Below, in pieces: positions 36,924 through 46,089 of a stretch of DNA of 64,000 nt (position 1 is the stretch's first letter; the number at the start of each line of letters is the position of its first letter). The stretch is from an uncultured SAR86 cluster bacterium (GTDB taxonomy: Bacteria > Pseudomonadota > Gammaproteobacteria > Magnimaribacterales > D2472): NCBI GenBank assembly GCA_902515775.1, contig CABXVU010000003.1, positions 32,348 through 96,347 of the forward strand, in the 5' to 3' direction. Position numbers and translations under genes: made by a program. The notes below the pieces were generated by a model. That model was not told the DNA's origin. It worked only from the letters and a program-made list of their open reading frames with translations, and made no database searches.

Positions 36924-38588
36924 ATGTTGCATTCAGACAAATACATTCAAGCCCTAATTAGCGAGCAACCTTTTTTTGAAATTCATCAAGAAAATGTTCT
37001 TGGAGTAAAGATGGATGTTTTTAAAAATAGGCCTAAGTCATTGGTGGATTTCATTGAATCATCTGCAGTACATGGCGACAAACCTTATTTAATATTTAAA
37101 GACCAAGTTATTACCTTCAATCAACATTTAACTCTTGTAAAAAAGGCTGCACATATTCTTCAGACTAAATATGAAGTTCAACAAGGGGATAGGGTGGCTA
37201 TATATGCTGCCAATTCACCTGAGTGGATAATATTTTTTTGGGCCACAGTCAGTCTTGGCGCAATTGCCTGCGGATTGAATGGTTGGTGGAAAGGTTCTGA
37301 GGCAATTAAAGCAATTAATGATGCAGATCCTAAAGTCGTTGTTGCAGATCAAGCGCGATTTGAAAGAATTGACGAAACACTTGAGCATCCTGTCATTATA
37401 TTTGAGCAGCATGATCTCCCAGCACATGAACAAGCACTTGATTCATTTATTCGAGTGGACGAAGATGAATGCGCATGCCTTTTATATACATCCGGAACCA
37501 CAGGGACTCCAAAAGGCGTCATGACATCTCATAGATCAATGATTGCAAACTCAACGCTCCAAATGCTTCAAGGAGCTGCCGTATCCCAAGATTCCTCCAG
37601 TAAAGGCATCGATTGGTCCAAGAACACCCCAACAACTCTGCTTACTTCACCCTTATTTCATGTGTCAGGATTATCTGCAGGAGCTGTTACGAGTCTATTT
37701 GCAGGTTCTACAACTTTGCTTTATGACGGGAGATTTTTGGCAAATAGAGTCATTGAGTTAATCCAAAAATATAATGTGACATCATGGGGAGGAGCAGTTC
37801 CAACAGCCCTAAAAAGAGTCTTAGATGATGCAGAGGCACAAGGATTAAAAATGATGAGTGTACTGGTAGTAGGTGGGGGGGGTGCACCAATGCCCCCAGA
37901 GTTAATTTCGCGAACAAAAGATGTTTTTCCAAATTCAAAGTATAGTTTTGGATATGGCTACGGACTTACAGAATCTGGCGCCATTACAATTATTAATTGG
38001 GGAGATAATCTTAAAAATGAACCAGCTTCCCCAGGGCAGCCAATGCCAACAATTCAAGTTCAGCTAAGAGATGAGGATGGGGAGTTGATAGATAAGGACT
38101 CAATTGAGGGTGAAATATATGTTAAAAGCCCCTCAGTTATGCTTGGCTACTATAACAATACTCTTGCTTCTAAAGATTCATTAACTGAGGATAGGTGGCT
38201 AAAAACCGGAGATTGGGGATTTAAGAAAAAATCTCTTTACTATATTTCTTCTAGACGCACTGATCTGATTTTAAGGGGAGCAGAGAATGTTTACCCGCAG
38301 GAGATAGAATTGGTGATAGATTCTCATGAAGGAGTAGAGGAGTCAGCTGTTATTGGAATACCACACGATGATTTGGGTGAGGAAGTAATGGCAATTGTGT
38401 ATGCAAAGAAATCTGATGTTGACAATTTAGAATTAAGTGCATGGGTGGCAAAAGATCTTGCTGACTTTAAAGTGCCCTCTAAGTGGAAATTTGTTAATTC
38501 GCCATTGCCAAGAAATGCTTCCGGTAAATTGATGAAACATGTTTTAATAGACACATCTAAAAATACAATGATTGAAGAAAATGAGTGA
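36924..38588 (+). CDS. AMP-dependent acyl-CoA synthetase/ligase
   Basis: YTSGTTGTPKGV, GYGLTESGA, and the C-terminal SGKLMK. Confidence 0.9.
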   Translation: MLHSDKYIQALISEQPFFEIHQENVLGVKMDVFKNRPKSLVDFIESSAVHGDKPYLIFKDQVITFNQHLTLVKKAAHILQTKYEVQQGDRVAIYAANSPEWIIFFWATVSLGAIACGLNGWWKGSEAIKAINDADPKVVVADQARFERIDETLEHPVIIFEQHDLPAHEQALDSFIRVDEDECACLLYTSGTTGTPKGVMTSHRSMIANSTLQMLQGAAVSQDSSSKGIDWSKNTPTTLLTSPLFHVSGLSAGAVTSLFAGSTTLLYDGRFLANRVIELIQKYNVTSWGGAVPTALKRVLDDAEAQGLKMMSVLVVGGGGAPMPPELISRTKDVFPNSKYSFGYGYGLTESGAITIINWGDNLKNEPASPGQPMPTIQVQLRDEDGELIDKDSIEGEIYVKSPSVMLGYYNNTLASKDSLTEDRWLKTGDWGFKKKSLYYISSRRTDLILRGAENVYPQEIELVIDSHEGVEESAVIGIPHDDLGEEVMAIVYAKKSDVDNLELSAWVAKDLADFKVPSKWKFVNSPLPRNASGKLMKHVLIDTSKNTMIEENE

Positions 38589-39027
38589 TCAAAAAGATCT
38601 GCTAAGAGCTCCCTTTGAGCTTGCCTATAATTATAAGCGTTCAAGTGGTCCTCTGATGTCAAAATTTTTTGACGCCCTAGCAGAACAAAAAATCTTAGGC
38701 ACAAAAAGTAGCACTGGAAAGGTTTATGCTCCGGCTGCTGAATTTGATCCGGAAACTCATGAGTCATTGAGTGATTTAGTTGAAGTTGGACCTGGGGGAG
38801 TGATCGAATCATTTAGTTGGATTGAAGAGCCAAAACATCATCACTTAATTAAAAATCCATTTGCATTTGCTTTAATCAAATTGGATGGAGCTGATACAGC
38901 TTTGCTCCATATGGTTACCGAGTGTAATGAGGCAGATCTAAAAATTGGATCAAGGGTCACAGCAAATTGGTCTGCAACTATGGAGAATCGAATTACCGAT
39001 ATTAAATTTTTTACTTTAGAAAAATGA
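38581..39027 (+). CDS. DUF35 OB-fold protein lacking the zinc ribbon
   Basis: OB-fold region GVIESFSWIEEP...FALIKLDGADTALLHMV...LKIGSRVTANW. Only one Cys occurs in the whole protein. The ATG at 38581 is preferred over the TTG at 38572. Confidence 0.65.
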   Translation: MSDQKDLLRAPFELAYNYKRSSGPLMSKFFDALAEQKILGTKSSTGKVYAPAAEFDPETHESLSDLVEVGPGGVIESFSWIEEPKHHHLIKNPFAFALIKLDGADTALLHMVTECNEADLKIGSRVTANWSATMENRITDIKFFTLEK

Positions 39028-39521
39028 GCGAAGAAGAAAAAAAAGATTACGCCGAGTCTCCAATAAATTTGGAATATCACTATACAGCTGGATCAGCCAC
39101 CACCCGATTTCTTAATCAAGTTAAAGAGGGCAAAATTGTAGGCCAGTCATGCCCAAAATGCAGCGCTGTCTATGTACCGCCTAGAGGCAGCTGTCCAAGA
39201 TGTGGAGTGGCAACAAACATCGAGGTTCCATTGACTGATAAAGGTTGCATTGAATCATTCACCATTGTGCATATTCCTATTCCAGGTAATCCCATCGTTC
39301 CGCCATATGTTTGTGCAATGATCAGGCTCGATGGAGCTAACATTTCTTTTTTGCATCTCATTCAAGGAATTGATGTTGAAGAAATAAGAATTGGGATGCG
39401 TATACAAGCAGTTTGGAAGCCTAAAGATGAATGGACTCATTCATTAGAGAACATCAAATGGTTTACTCCTATAGATGAACCAGATGTTGATGTTGCAACA
39501 TTGAGGTTTGAAGAATCATGA
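39024..39521 (+). CDS. DUF35 OB-fold protein with N-terminal zinc ribbon
   Basis: CPKCSAVYVPPRGSCPRC (CxxC-x11-CxxC) is followed by the OB fold GCIESFTIVH...MIRLDGANISFLHLI...IRIGMRIQAVW. An ATGA overlap links it to the upstream gene. Confidence 0.8.
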   Translation: MSEEEKKDYAESPINLEYHYTAGSATTRFLNQVKEGKIVGQSCPKCSAVYVPPRGSCPRCGVATNIEVPLTDKGCIESFTIVHIPIPGNPIVPPYVCAMIRLDGANISFLHLIQGIDVEEIRIGMRIQAVWKPKDEWTHSLENIKWFTPIDEPDVDVATLRFEES

Positions 39522-40573
39522 AAAAAGTAGCAATCGTGGGATATGCTCAACACCCCATTTTAGAGAATGCGGGAGCTTTAAACGAAGTGGAACTCATCAT
39601 GCCTGTTGTTCATCAGCTGTTTGATGAATTAGGCATCAGTCAAAACAACATAGATTTTACCTGCTCAGGTAGTTGTGATTATTTGCAAGGAGCTGCTTTT
39701 GCATTTGTTGAAGGTTTATCTGCCATTCAAACTAATCCTCCCATTAAAGAGTCGCATGTAGAAATGGATGCAGCTTGGGCGATGTATGAATCAATGCTAA
39801 AAATTCAAATGGGAGATGCAGATACTGCATTGATTTATGGATTTGGTAAATCTTCTCCCGGTAGACTCGATTCAATTATTTCATTACAAATGGATCCTTA
39901 CTACATTTCACCTCTTTGGCCAGATCGAGTCAGTTTAGCTGCAATACAGGCAAGGGTGCTGCTTGAAAAAAATATCGTAACTCCTGAACAAATGATTACA
40001 GCAGTTATTGAGGCAAGAACTAATTCTAAAAATAATAAAAATGCACTTGTTACTGAGCTGGTGGATAAAGAAGCATATTTAGCAAGTGAGAAAATTTCTT
40101 CTCCACTCAATGAATTTGATTGTCCTCCAATATCTGACGGATCTTCTGCCATGATTATTGCCTCAGAAGAAAAAGCATATGATTTTACCGATCAACCCAT
40201 TTTTATTGAAGGCATCGATCATAGAATTGAATCATCGAATATAGGCTCACGGGATCTTTCAAAACCTACTGGGATACTGGCTTCAATTGAGCAGTTAAAA
40301 CTTGAAAAAACAAATTTTGATGTTGCTGAGTTACATACTCAATTTAGTCATGAGGTGCCTTATTTACAATCCGTTTTAAACCTTAATGATGTTCCTACAA
40401 ATCTTTCTGGCGGACCATTGGTTGGTAATGTCATGATGTGTGCAGGTTTGGATGCAATTGGTAAAACTTACGAGTCATTAAAATCCAATGATCTTACAAA
40501 TGGTCTGGCGCATGCATCCTCTGGCCCATGTTTACAACATAATATGCTTGTTCATTTGGAGAAAAAATCATGA
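39518..40573 (+). CDS. thiolase-fold protein (SCP-x/Ltp-like), apparently lacking catalytic Cys and His
   Basis: N-terminal KKVAIVGYAQHP, SDGSSAMIIAS and NLSGGPLVGNVMMCAG. ATGA overlaps occur at both ends. Confidence 0.7.
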   Translation: MKKVAIVGYAQHPILENAGALNEVELIMPVVHQLFDELGISQNNIDFTCSGSCDYLQGAAFAFVEGLSAIQTNPPIKESHVEMDAAWAMYESMLKIQMGDADTALIYGFGKSSPGRLDSIISLQMDPYYISPLWPDRVSLAAIQARVLLEKNIVTPEQMITAVIEARTNSKNNKNALVTELVDKEAYLASEKISSPLNEFDCPPISDGSSAMIIASEEKAYDFTDQPIFIEGIDHRIESSNIGSRDLSKPTGILASIEQLKLEKTNFDVAELHTQFSHEVPYLQSVLNLNDVPTNLSGGPLVGNVMMCAGLDAIGKTYESLKSNDLTNGLAHASSGPCLQHNMLVHLEKKS

Positions 40574-41718
40574 TTCAGGCGGGTGTAATTGGAGTTGGGC
40601 AAACTAAATATGATGCCAAAAGAAGGGATGTATCCATGGGTGGATTAGTCCGAGAGGCAATAGATAATGCCATGTTAGCTGCTAATGTTGAATGGGATGC
40701 AATAGATGCTGTCATATTAGGTAAAGCACCAGATATGTTTGAGGGTGTGGTTATGCCTGAGTTATATTTAGCTGATGCTATTGGAGCCGTTGGTAAGCCG
40801 GTTCTGCGAGTTCATACAGCTGGAAGTGTTGGAGGGAGCACAGGAGTTATTGCTGCAACCCATGTTTGTTCAGGACAATTTAAAACAGTTTTAACAGTAA
40901 CATTTGAAAAACAATCTGAATCAAATGCAACATGGGCACTGTCACCACGTTACCCATATTCTCCTCATATCAATGCAGGAGCTGGAGGATATTTTGCTCC
41001 ATTTATTAGAGAGTACATTCGCAGATACGATGCTCCAGAACATATTGGTTGGAAAGTTGCTGTAAAAGATCGTTTGAATGCACTCAAGAATCCGTTAGCT
41101 CATCTGCATATTCCAGGGATAGATGAAAAAATGGTAAGTGATACCCCTATGCTTTGGGAGCCACTGAGATATTTAGAGAGCTGCCCATCGTCCGATGGAG
41201 CTTGTGCCATGGTGATTACATCCAAAGATCTTGTCGGTTCAAGGGATGTTGCTTGGATAAAAGGAATGGCAGTTAGATCTGAGGGTACTTTGTCCGCAGG
41301 CAGAGATGAGGTCAATCCTCAGGCAGGAATTGATTGCGCAAAAGATATCTATGATCAAGCAGGCATAACCAATCCATACAAGGATATTGATTGTGCAGAA
41401 ATTTATGTTCCATTTTCTTGGTATGAGCCAATGTGGCTGGAAAATTTAGGATTTTGTGATCTAGGAGAAGGATGGAAACTGACCGATAAAGATGCAACAG
41501 CTATAGATGGAGAAATACCTTTTAATATGTCTGGTGGAGTTATGTCGTCCAATCCGATCGGAGCATCGGGCATGATTCGTTTTGGTGAAGCAGCCTTACA
41601 AGTTATGGGTAAGGCAAATGACCATCAAGTTGAGGATGCGAAAGTTGCAATGGGACATGCTTATGGTGGAGCTGCACAATTTTTTGCGATGTGGATTGTC
41701 TCATCATCACTTGATTAG
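40570..41718 (+). CDS. thiolase-fold protein (SCP-x/Ltp2-like), apparently lacking catalytic Cys and His
   Basis: GVIGVGQTKY, RVHTAGSVGGSTG at the expected nucleophile loop, SSDGACAMVITS, and NMSGGVMSSNPIGASG where thiolases have GHP. Confidence 0.75.
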   Translation: MIQAGVIGVGQTKYDAKRRDVSMGGLVREAIDNAMLAANVEWDAIDAVILGKAPDMFEGVVMPELYLADAIGAVGKPVLRVHTAGSVGGSTGVIAATHVCSGQFKTVLTVTFEKQSESNATWALSPRYPYSPHINAGAGGYFAPFIREYIRRYDAPEHIGWKVAVKDRLNALKNPLAHLHIPGIDEKMVSDTPMLWEPLRYLESCPSSDGACAMVITSKDLVGSRDVAWIKGMAVRSEGTLSAGRDEVNPQAGIDCAKDIYDQAGITNPYKDIDCAEIYVPFSWYEPMWLENLGFCDLGEGWKLTDKDATAIDGEIPFNMSGGVMSSNPIGASGMIRFGEAALQVMGKANDHQVEDAKVAMGHAYGGAAQFFAMWIVSSSLD

Positions 41719-41731
41719 TAAGGAGATATTT

Positions 41732-42529
41732 ATGAATACCGAGCATGCGATTGTAGAAGAAAAAGGCCACATCATGGTCATCACACTTAATCGTCCTGAA
41801 AAAAGAAATGCGTTAAGTCCAGGCATGTTGTTGACTGTATATGAAGCTTGGAGAAAGCTTGATGAAGATTCCAATTTAAGATGCGCTATCTTGACTGGTG
41901 CAGGCGGTACTTTTTGTTCTGGAGCTGACCTAAGTGCTATGAAGGATGGAAATGAAGATTCTGAGATGATGGAAAAATTAAAAGAAATTCCTGATTTACA
42001 TTGGCAATCTCTACTAAGGCACAACAGGCCTAATAAACCAATCATTGCAGCAGTCGAGGGGTTTGCACTTGCTGGAGGTACAGAGATTTTACAGGGTACA
42101 GATATTAGAGTTGCAGGAAAAAGTGCTGTGTTTGGTTTAACTGAGCCCTTAAGAGGTCTATTTCCATTAGGTGGTTCGACCGTCCGACTTAGAAGGCAAA
42201 TACCATATACTCTAGCAGCAGAAGCATTGTTAACTGGGAGGAGAATTTCCTCTGAAGAAGCATTAAGATTTGGGCTGATTGGTCATATCGTAGATGATGG
42301 AACTGCGCTAGAGAAAGCCATGGAAATTGCGGAAACCGTCAGTGCAAATGCACCTTTATCTATTCAGGCGATTGTAAAATCTTTAAGAGAAATTGATGAG
42401 AGCTATCTAGAATCAGAAGCATTGGAAAAAGAATTAGAAATAGGGCAACCCGTTTTCTCCACAGAAGATATGATGGAAGGTCTGACTGCTTTTGCAGAAA
42501 AAAGAAAACCAAATTTCAAAGGTAAGTGA
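41732..42529 (+). CDS. enoyl-CoA hydratase (crotonase family)
   Basis: ITLNRPEKRNAL, oxyanion GAGGTFCSGADL, and both catalytic Glu contexts (LAGGTEIL and GLTEPLRGLFP). AGGAGA RBS at 41721. The track start at 41582 lies inside the upstream gene. Confidence 0.9.
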   Translation: MNTEHAIVEEKGHIMVITLNRPEKRNALSPGMLLTVYEAWRKLDEDSNLRCAILTGAGGTFCSGADLSAMKDGNEDSEMMEKLKEIPDLHWQSLLRHNRPNKPIIAAVEGFALAGGTEILQGTDIRVAGKSAVFGLTEPLRGLFPLGGSTVRLRRQIPYTLAAEALLTGRRISSEEALRFGLIGHIVDDGTALEKAMEIAETVSANAPLSIQAIVKSLREIDESYLESEALEKELEIGQPVFSTEDMMEGLTAFAEKRKPNFKGK

Positions 42530-43260
42530 GTAAACTTTTAACAGAGACCGAAGAAGGTATTCGTACCTTAATTTTTAATCGTCCTAAAAAAAAGAACGCA
42601 TTTGATGCTGAATTGTGGGCGATGTTTAGGAACGAGCTAAATCTAGCAAGTGATGATCCAGAGATCTATTCAGTGATTGTAACCGGTTCGGCTAATACTT
42701 TTTCATCAGGTGTTGATCTAAATAGCATGATGGGAGATGGGGGTGCTGAATACGAAGAGCCATTTGAAACTTGTATCGATGCATTAATAAATTTTAAAAA
42801 ACCATTAATAGGAGCTGTTGAGGGGGCTGCTGTAGGTGGAGGCGCAACCATTTTATTGCATTTTGATGCTGTTTTTATTTCTCCTAATGCAAAAATAAAA
42901 TATCCATTTTCTGAATTAGGTTTAGCCCCTGAGGTTGGCAGTTCTTATCTATTATTTCAGGCACTTGGATATCAACAAGCGGCTCAACTTTTATTTCAAT
43001 CTAAAGCTATTGAGGGAACAAAATATTTTGAGTTAGGTCTAGCCAAATATGTTGGTGATGATTTTCTAGATCAAGCTAATAGTTATGCACGGGAGTTAAA
43101 GGAACAATCACTTAGCTCAATTATAGAAACAAAAGCTATCTTAAAATCATTTATGTTAGAAGAACTTGCTAAGGCTCGCTCAATGGAAACCAAAGCAATG
43201 AAAAAATTGTTTGGTTCTGAAGATAACTTAAAAGCTGTAGAAAAGTTTTTTAATAAATAA
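42526..43260 (+). CDS. crotonase-family enoyl-CoA hydratase/isomerase (one-Glu type)
   Basis: FNRPKKKNAF and SSGVDL. GGGATILL places Thr where the first catalytic Glu normally sits, and FSELGLAPE retains the second Glu. The GTG start forms a GTGA overlap. Confidence 0.8.
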   Translation: MSKLLTETEEGIRTLIFNRPKKKNAFDAELWAMFRNELNLASDDPEIYSVIVTGSANTFSSGVDLNSMMGDGGAEYEEPFETCIDALINFKKPLIGAVEGAAVGGGATILLHFDAVFISPNAKIKYPFSELGLAPEVGSSYLLFQALGYQQAAQLLFQSKAIEGTKYFELGLAKYVGDDFLDQANSYARELKEQSLSSIIETKAILKSFMLEELAKARSMETKAMKKLFGSEDNLKAVEKFFNK

Positions 43261-43272
43261 AGTTAATAGCTT

Positions 43273-43779
43273 ATGTCTTTTGAAAGAATTCAAATATTTT
43301 TAGAATCTAATCCAGAATATGGTTGGCTGCTAGTTTTTTTGTTTGGGTTCTTGGAATCAATGATTATCACGGGAAGTTTTATGCCGAGCGCAATTCTTTT
43401 TTCTTTGTGTATCTATTTGTACAACATTGAATTATTAACCTTGCCATGGATATGTGGAATTGCACTTTTAGGTTCTCATGTTGGTGATGTCGGGGGATTT
43501 TTAGTTGGTAAATCCCTTGGACCTACTTTGTTGAATTCAAAGTTTATTCAAAAAAGACAAAAACCTCTTCATAGAGCACAAAAATTTTTAGATCGCTTTG
43601 GCCCCTATACAGTTTTAGTTGGAAGATTTATTCCTGCAATAAGACCCTTGGTACCTTTTATGCTTGGAGTGACTGATCTAAAATTAAAAAGATTTTACGT
43701 TGCTGATTTAATTGCTTGTTCTTTATGGGCGATTGCTTTAGCCTTGCTTGTAGTTTCAGTAGGTTCTATATTTAAATAA
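43273..43779 (+). CDS. DedA/SNARE-associated family membrane protein
   Basis: A multi-TM 168-aa protein with LVGRFIPAIRPLVPFMLG, typical of DedA. Confidence 0.8.
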   Translation: MSFERIQIFLESNPEYGWLLVFLFGFLESMIITGSFMPSAILFSLCIYLYNIELLTLPWICGIALLGSHVGDVGGFLVGKSLGPTLLNSKFIQKRQKPLHRAQKFLDRFGPYTVLVGRFIPAIRPLVPFMLGVTDLKLKRFYVADLIACSLWAIALALLVVSVGSIFK

Positions 43780-43781
43780 TT

Positions 43782-43970
43782 ATGATTACTTTATTAATAT
43801 TATTCTTAACCATTATTGCTCTTCTTTTTTTAGTGCAGCAATTATTAAAAAATACACCCGAGGGAAAATTCTTAAAATCCTTAAGAGATTTGCTGGTCAT
43901 AGTTCTAGCTTTAGGAATTTCTGCTGGCGTATTTTATGTTGGTTTTAGATTATTTAGATTTTTAATATAA
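43782..43970 (+). CDS. small two-TM membrane protein (hypothetical)
   Basis: A 62-aa ORF with two hydrophobic helices, tightly packed between dedA-like and hit. Confidence 0.4.
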   Translation: MITLLILFLTIIALLFLVQQLLKNTPEGKFLKSLRDLLVIVLALGISAGVFYVGFRLFRFLI

Positions 43971-43974
43971 GTTC

Positions 43975-44313
43975 ATGGAAACATTGTTTACAAAAATCAT
44001 TAATAAAGAAATCCCTGCCGATATTATCTTTGAAGATGATCTGTCTCTTGTGTTTAAAGATATCAATCCTCAGGCTCCCACCCATTTATTAATTATTCCA
44101 AAAAAACCTATTCCTAAATTATCCGATGCTTCGGAAGAAGATAAAGAGTTACTGGGCCACTTAATGTGGGTTGCTGGTGAAATATCTCGAGAACTCGGTT
44201 TAGATGAAACCTTTAGATTGGTTACCAACAACGGGGCCAAAGCGGGCCAAAGTGTTTTTCATCTTCATTTGCATTTATTAAGCGGCAGACCACTTCAATG
44301 GCCACCTGGTTAA
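43975..44313 (+). CDS. hinT: HIT-family (histidine triad) nucleotide hydrolase
   Basis: HLHLHLL histidine triad, and FKDINPQAPTHLLIIPK. Confidence 0.9.
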   Translation: METLFTKIINKEIPADIIFEDDLSLVFKDINPQAPTHLLIIPKKPIPKLSDASEEDKELLGHLMWVAGEISRELGLDETFRLVTNNGAKAGQSVFHLHLHLLSGRPLQWPPG

Positions 44314-44316
44314 TAA

Positions 44317-44931
44317 ATGTCAATTGAAGAAAGAATAGATCGACTTGAATCGCTTGATGAAATTAGACAATTAGCAGCCAAGTATTCTGTAACTCTAGAT
44401 ATGCGAGATATTGATATGCATGTAAATCTTTTTGTGCCAGATGTTCGAGTGGGTAAAGAGGAGAGTGGCCGTCAAGCTCTTAAAAAATGGGCTGATGCAA
44501 CTTTTAGAGATAAATTTACAGGCACTTCTCATCACATAGGAAATCACATTATTGATTTTGAGACGCCTGATTCAGCTATTGGCTTGGTCTATTCAAAAAA
44601 TGAACATGAAACTAATAATGAGTGGATTATCATGCAAATGCTTTACTGGGATTCATATAAAAGAATAAATGGAACCTGGCTTTTTAAAAAAAGACTACCT
44701 ATGTACTGGTATGCAACAGACTTAAACAAACCACCCCTTGGCAATAAAAAAATGCGCTGGCCGGACGAAGATAATTATGATGGATACTTTCATGACTTAT
44801 TCCCATCTTGGAAAGAGTTTTGGAGCAGTGAATACATACGTGAAAATGATGTCACAGAGCCTGTTGAAGCCAATCAATTTTTAAGAGCTCTTAGGCGCGG
44901 TTCTGAACCAGGTAAATTAAAGGTTAAATAA
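44317..44931 (+). CDS. NTF2/SnoaL-like fold protein
   Basis: The opening IEERIDRLESLDEIRQLAAKYSVTLD is typical of SnoaL_4. No closer assignment is possible. Confidence 0.55.
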   Translation: MSIEERIDRLESLDEIRQLAAKYSVTLDMRDIDMHVNLFVPDVRVGKEESGRQALKKWADATFRDKFTGTSHHIGNHIIDFETPDSAIGLVYSKNEHETNNEWIIMQMLYWDSYKRINGTWLFKKRLPMYWYATDLNKPPLGNKKMRWPDEDNYDGYFHDLFPSWKEFWSSEYIRENDVTEPVEANQFLRALRRGSEPGKLKVK

Positions 44932-45060
44932 ATAGGCTACAATACCTATTAGAAAAACGAATCCACCTATGCCAATAACAAATAATCCTAAATTTTTTAT
45001 TGTTTGTGTATCTTCATCCATTCATTAAGTATAACCATCTAATAATTCTTAAATCAAATT

Positions 45061-46089
45061 ATGAGTATAGAAACAAGATTAAAATTTCCTATTGATGAAG
45101 TTCCCAAATATGGAATTTTTCATCAGATAAATAAACAAATCCATTGGATAAGAATGCCATTACCAATGTCATTAAATCATGTGAATTTATGGACTGTGGG
45201 TGATAAAGACAACCTAACTCTCATTGATACAGGCATGCAATTAGATGACACCATGAAGCTTTGGAAAGCTTTAATTAAAAAAGAAAAACTTTCTATAAAA
45301 AATGTTATTGCTACGCACATGCATCCTGATCATATTGGTCTGGCTGGCTGGTTTGTAAAAAAATATAATTCAAATTTTAGTATGAGTAGAACTGATTATT
45401 TACAGTGCAGAATATTGTCTGCTGATACTGGAAACGATGTTCCAAATGATGCAATTGAATTTTATATTCAAGCAGGCATGACTAAAGATCAAATTCATGC
45501 TTTTACTAAAAGATTTGGTTTTTTTGGTTCTATTGTTCATCCATTGCCGCGCTCTTACAATCGATTAAAAGATGGCGATGTCATTGATATTAATGGAGCA
45601 GATTGGTTAGTAATAGATGGTCAAGGGCACACTATGGAACATTTATCATTTTTTTCTGAGGAATTAAATGTATTTATCAGTGGGGATCAACTTCTACCAA
45701 CTATAAGCTCTCATGTTGGCACTTTTCCAACTGAGCCTGAAGCTAATCCAGTAGAAGATTGGATCGCATCTTGCCATAAATTATTAAAAATCTTGCCTGA
45801 GGCTGTATTAGTATTACCTGGTCATGGAAGACCTTTTATCGGCGCTCAAAAAAGACTTAAAGCTCTTATTGATCACCATGAAACATCTTTAGAAAAACTC
45901 CATAATATTTTGAAAACCCCCAAAAGAGCTGTTGACGTTTTTGATGTTTTGTTTAAGAGAGAAATTGATGACAGTAATATAATTATGGCAACTGGTGAAT
46001 CATTAGGTCATTTGAATTGCTTGTATTATCGCGGGATGATAAAAAAATCTTTAGATCAAAATAATCAATGCTGGTATGAGCAAAGCTAA
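45061..46089 (+). CDS. MBL-fold metallo-hydrolase
   Basis: The HxHxDH motif reads THMHPDHIG, and downstream His and Asp ligands are present (GHTMEH, PGHG). Confidence 0.8.
   Translation: MSIETRLKFPIDEVPKYGIFHQINKQIHWIRMPLPMSLNHVNLWTVGDKDNLTLIDTGMQLDDTMKLWKALIKKEKLSIKNVIATHMHPDHIGLAGWFVKKYNSNFSMSRTDYLQCRILSADTGNDVPNDAIEFYIQAGMTKDQIHAFTKRFGFFGSIVHPLPRSYNRLKDGDVIDINGADWLVIDGQGHTMEHLSFFSEELNVFISGDQLLPTISSHVGTFPTEPEANPVEDWIASCHKLLKILPEAVLVLPGHGRPFIGAQKRLKALIDHHETSLEKLHNILKTPKRAVDVFDVLFKREIDDSNIIMATGESLGHLNCLYYRGMIKKSLDQNNQCWYEQS

Noticed and set aside
38324-38812. 162-aa minus-strand ORF, the longest unexplained ORF in the track
   Set aside because: It lies entirely antisense to the well-supported ligase and DUF35 genes. 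The sequence is compositionally odd (Leu/Ser/Phe/Gln-rich) with no recognisable motif. This is the typical shadow ORF of an AT-rich coding region.
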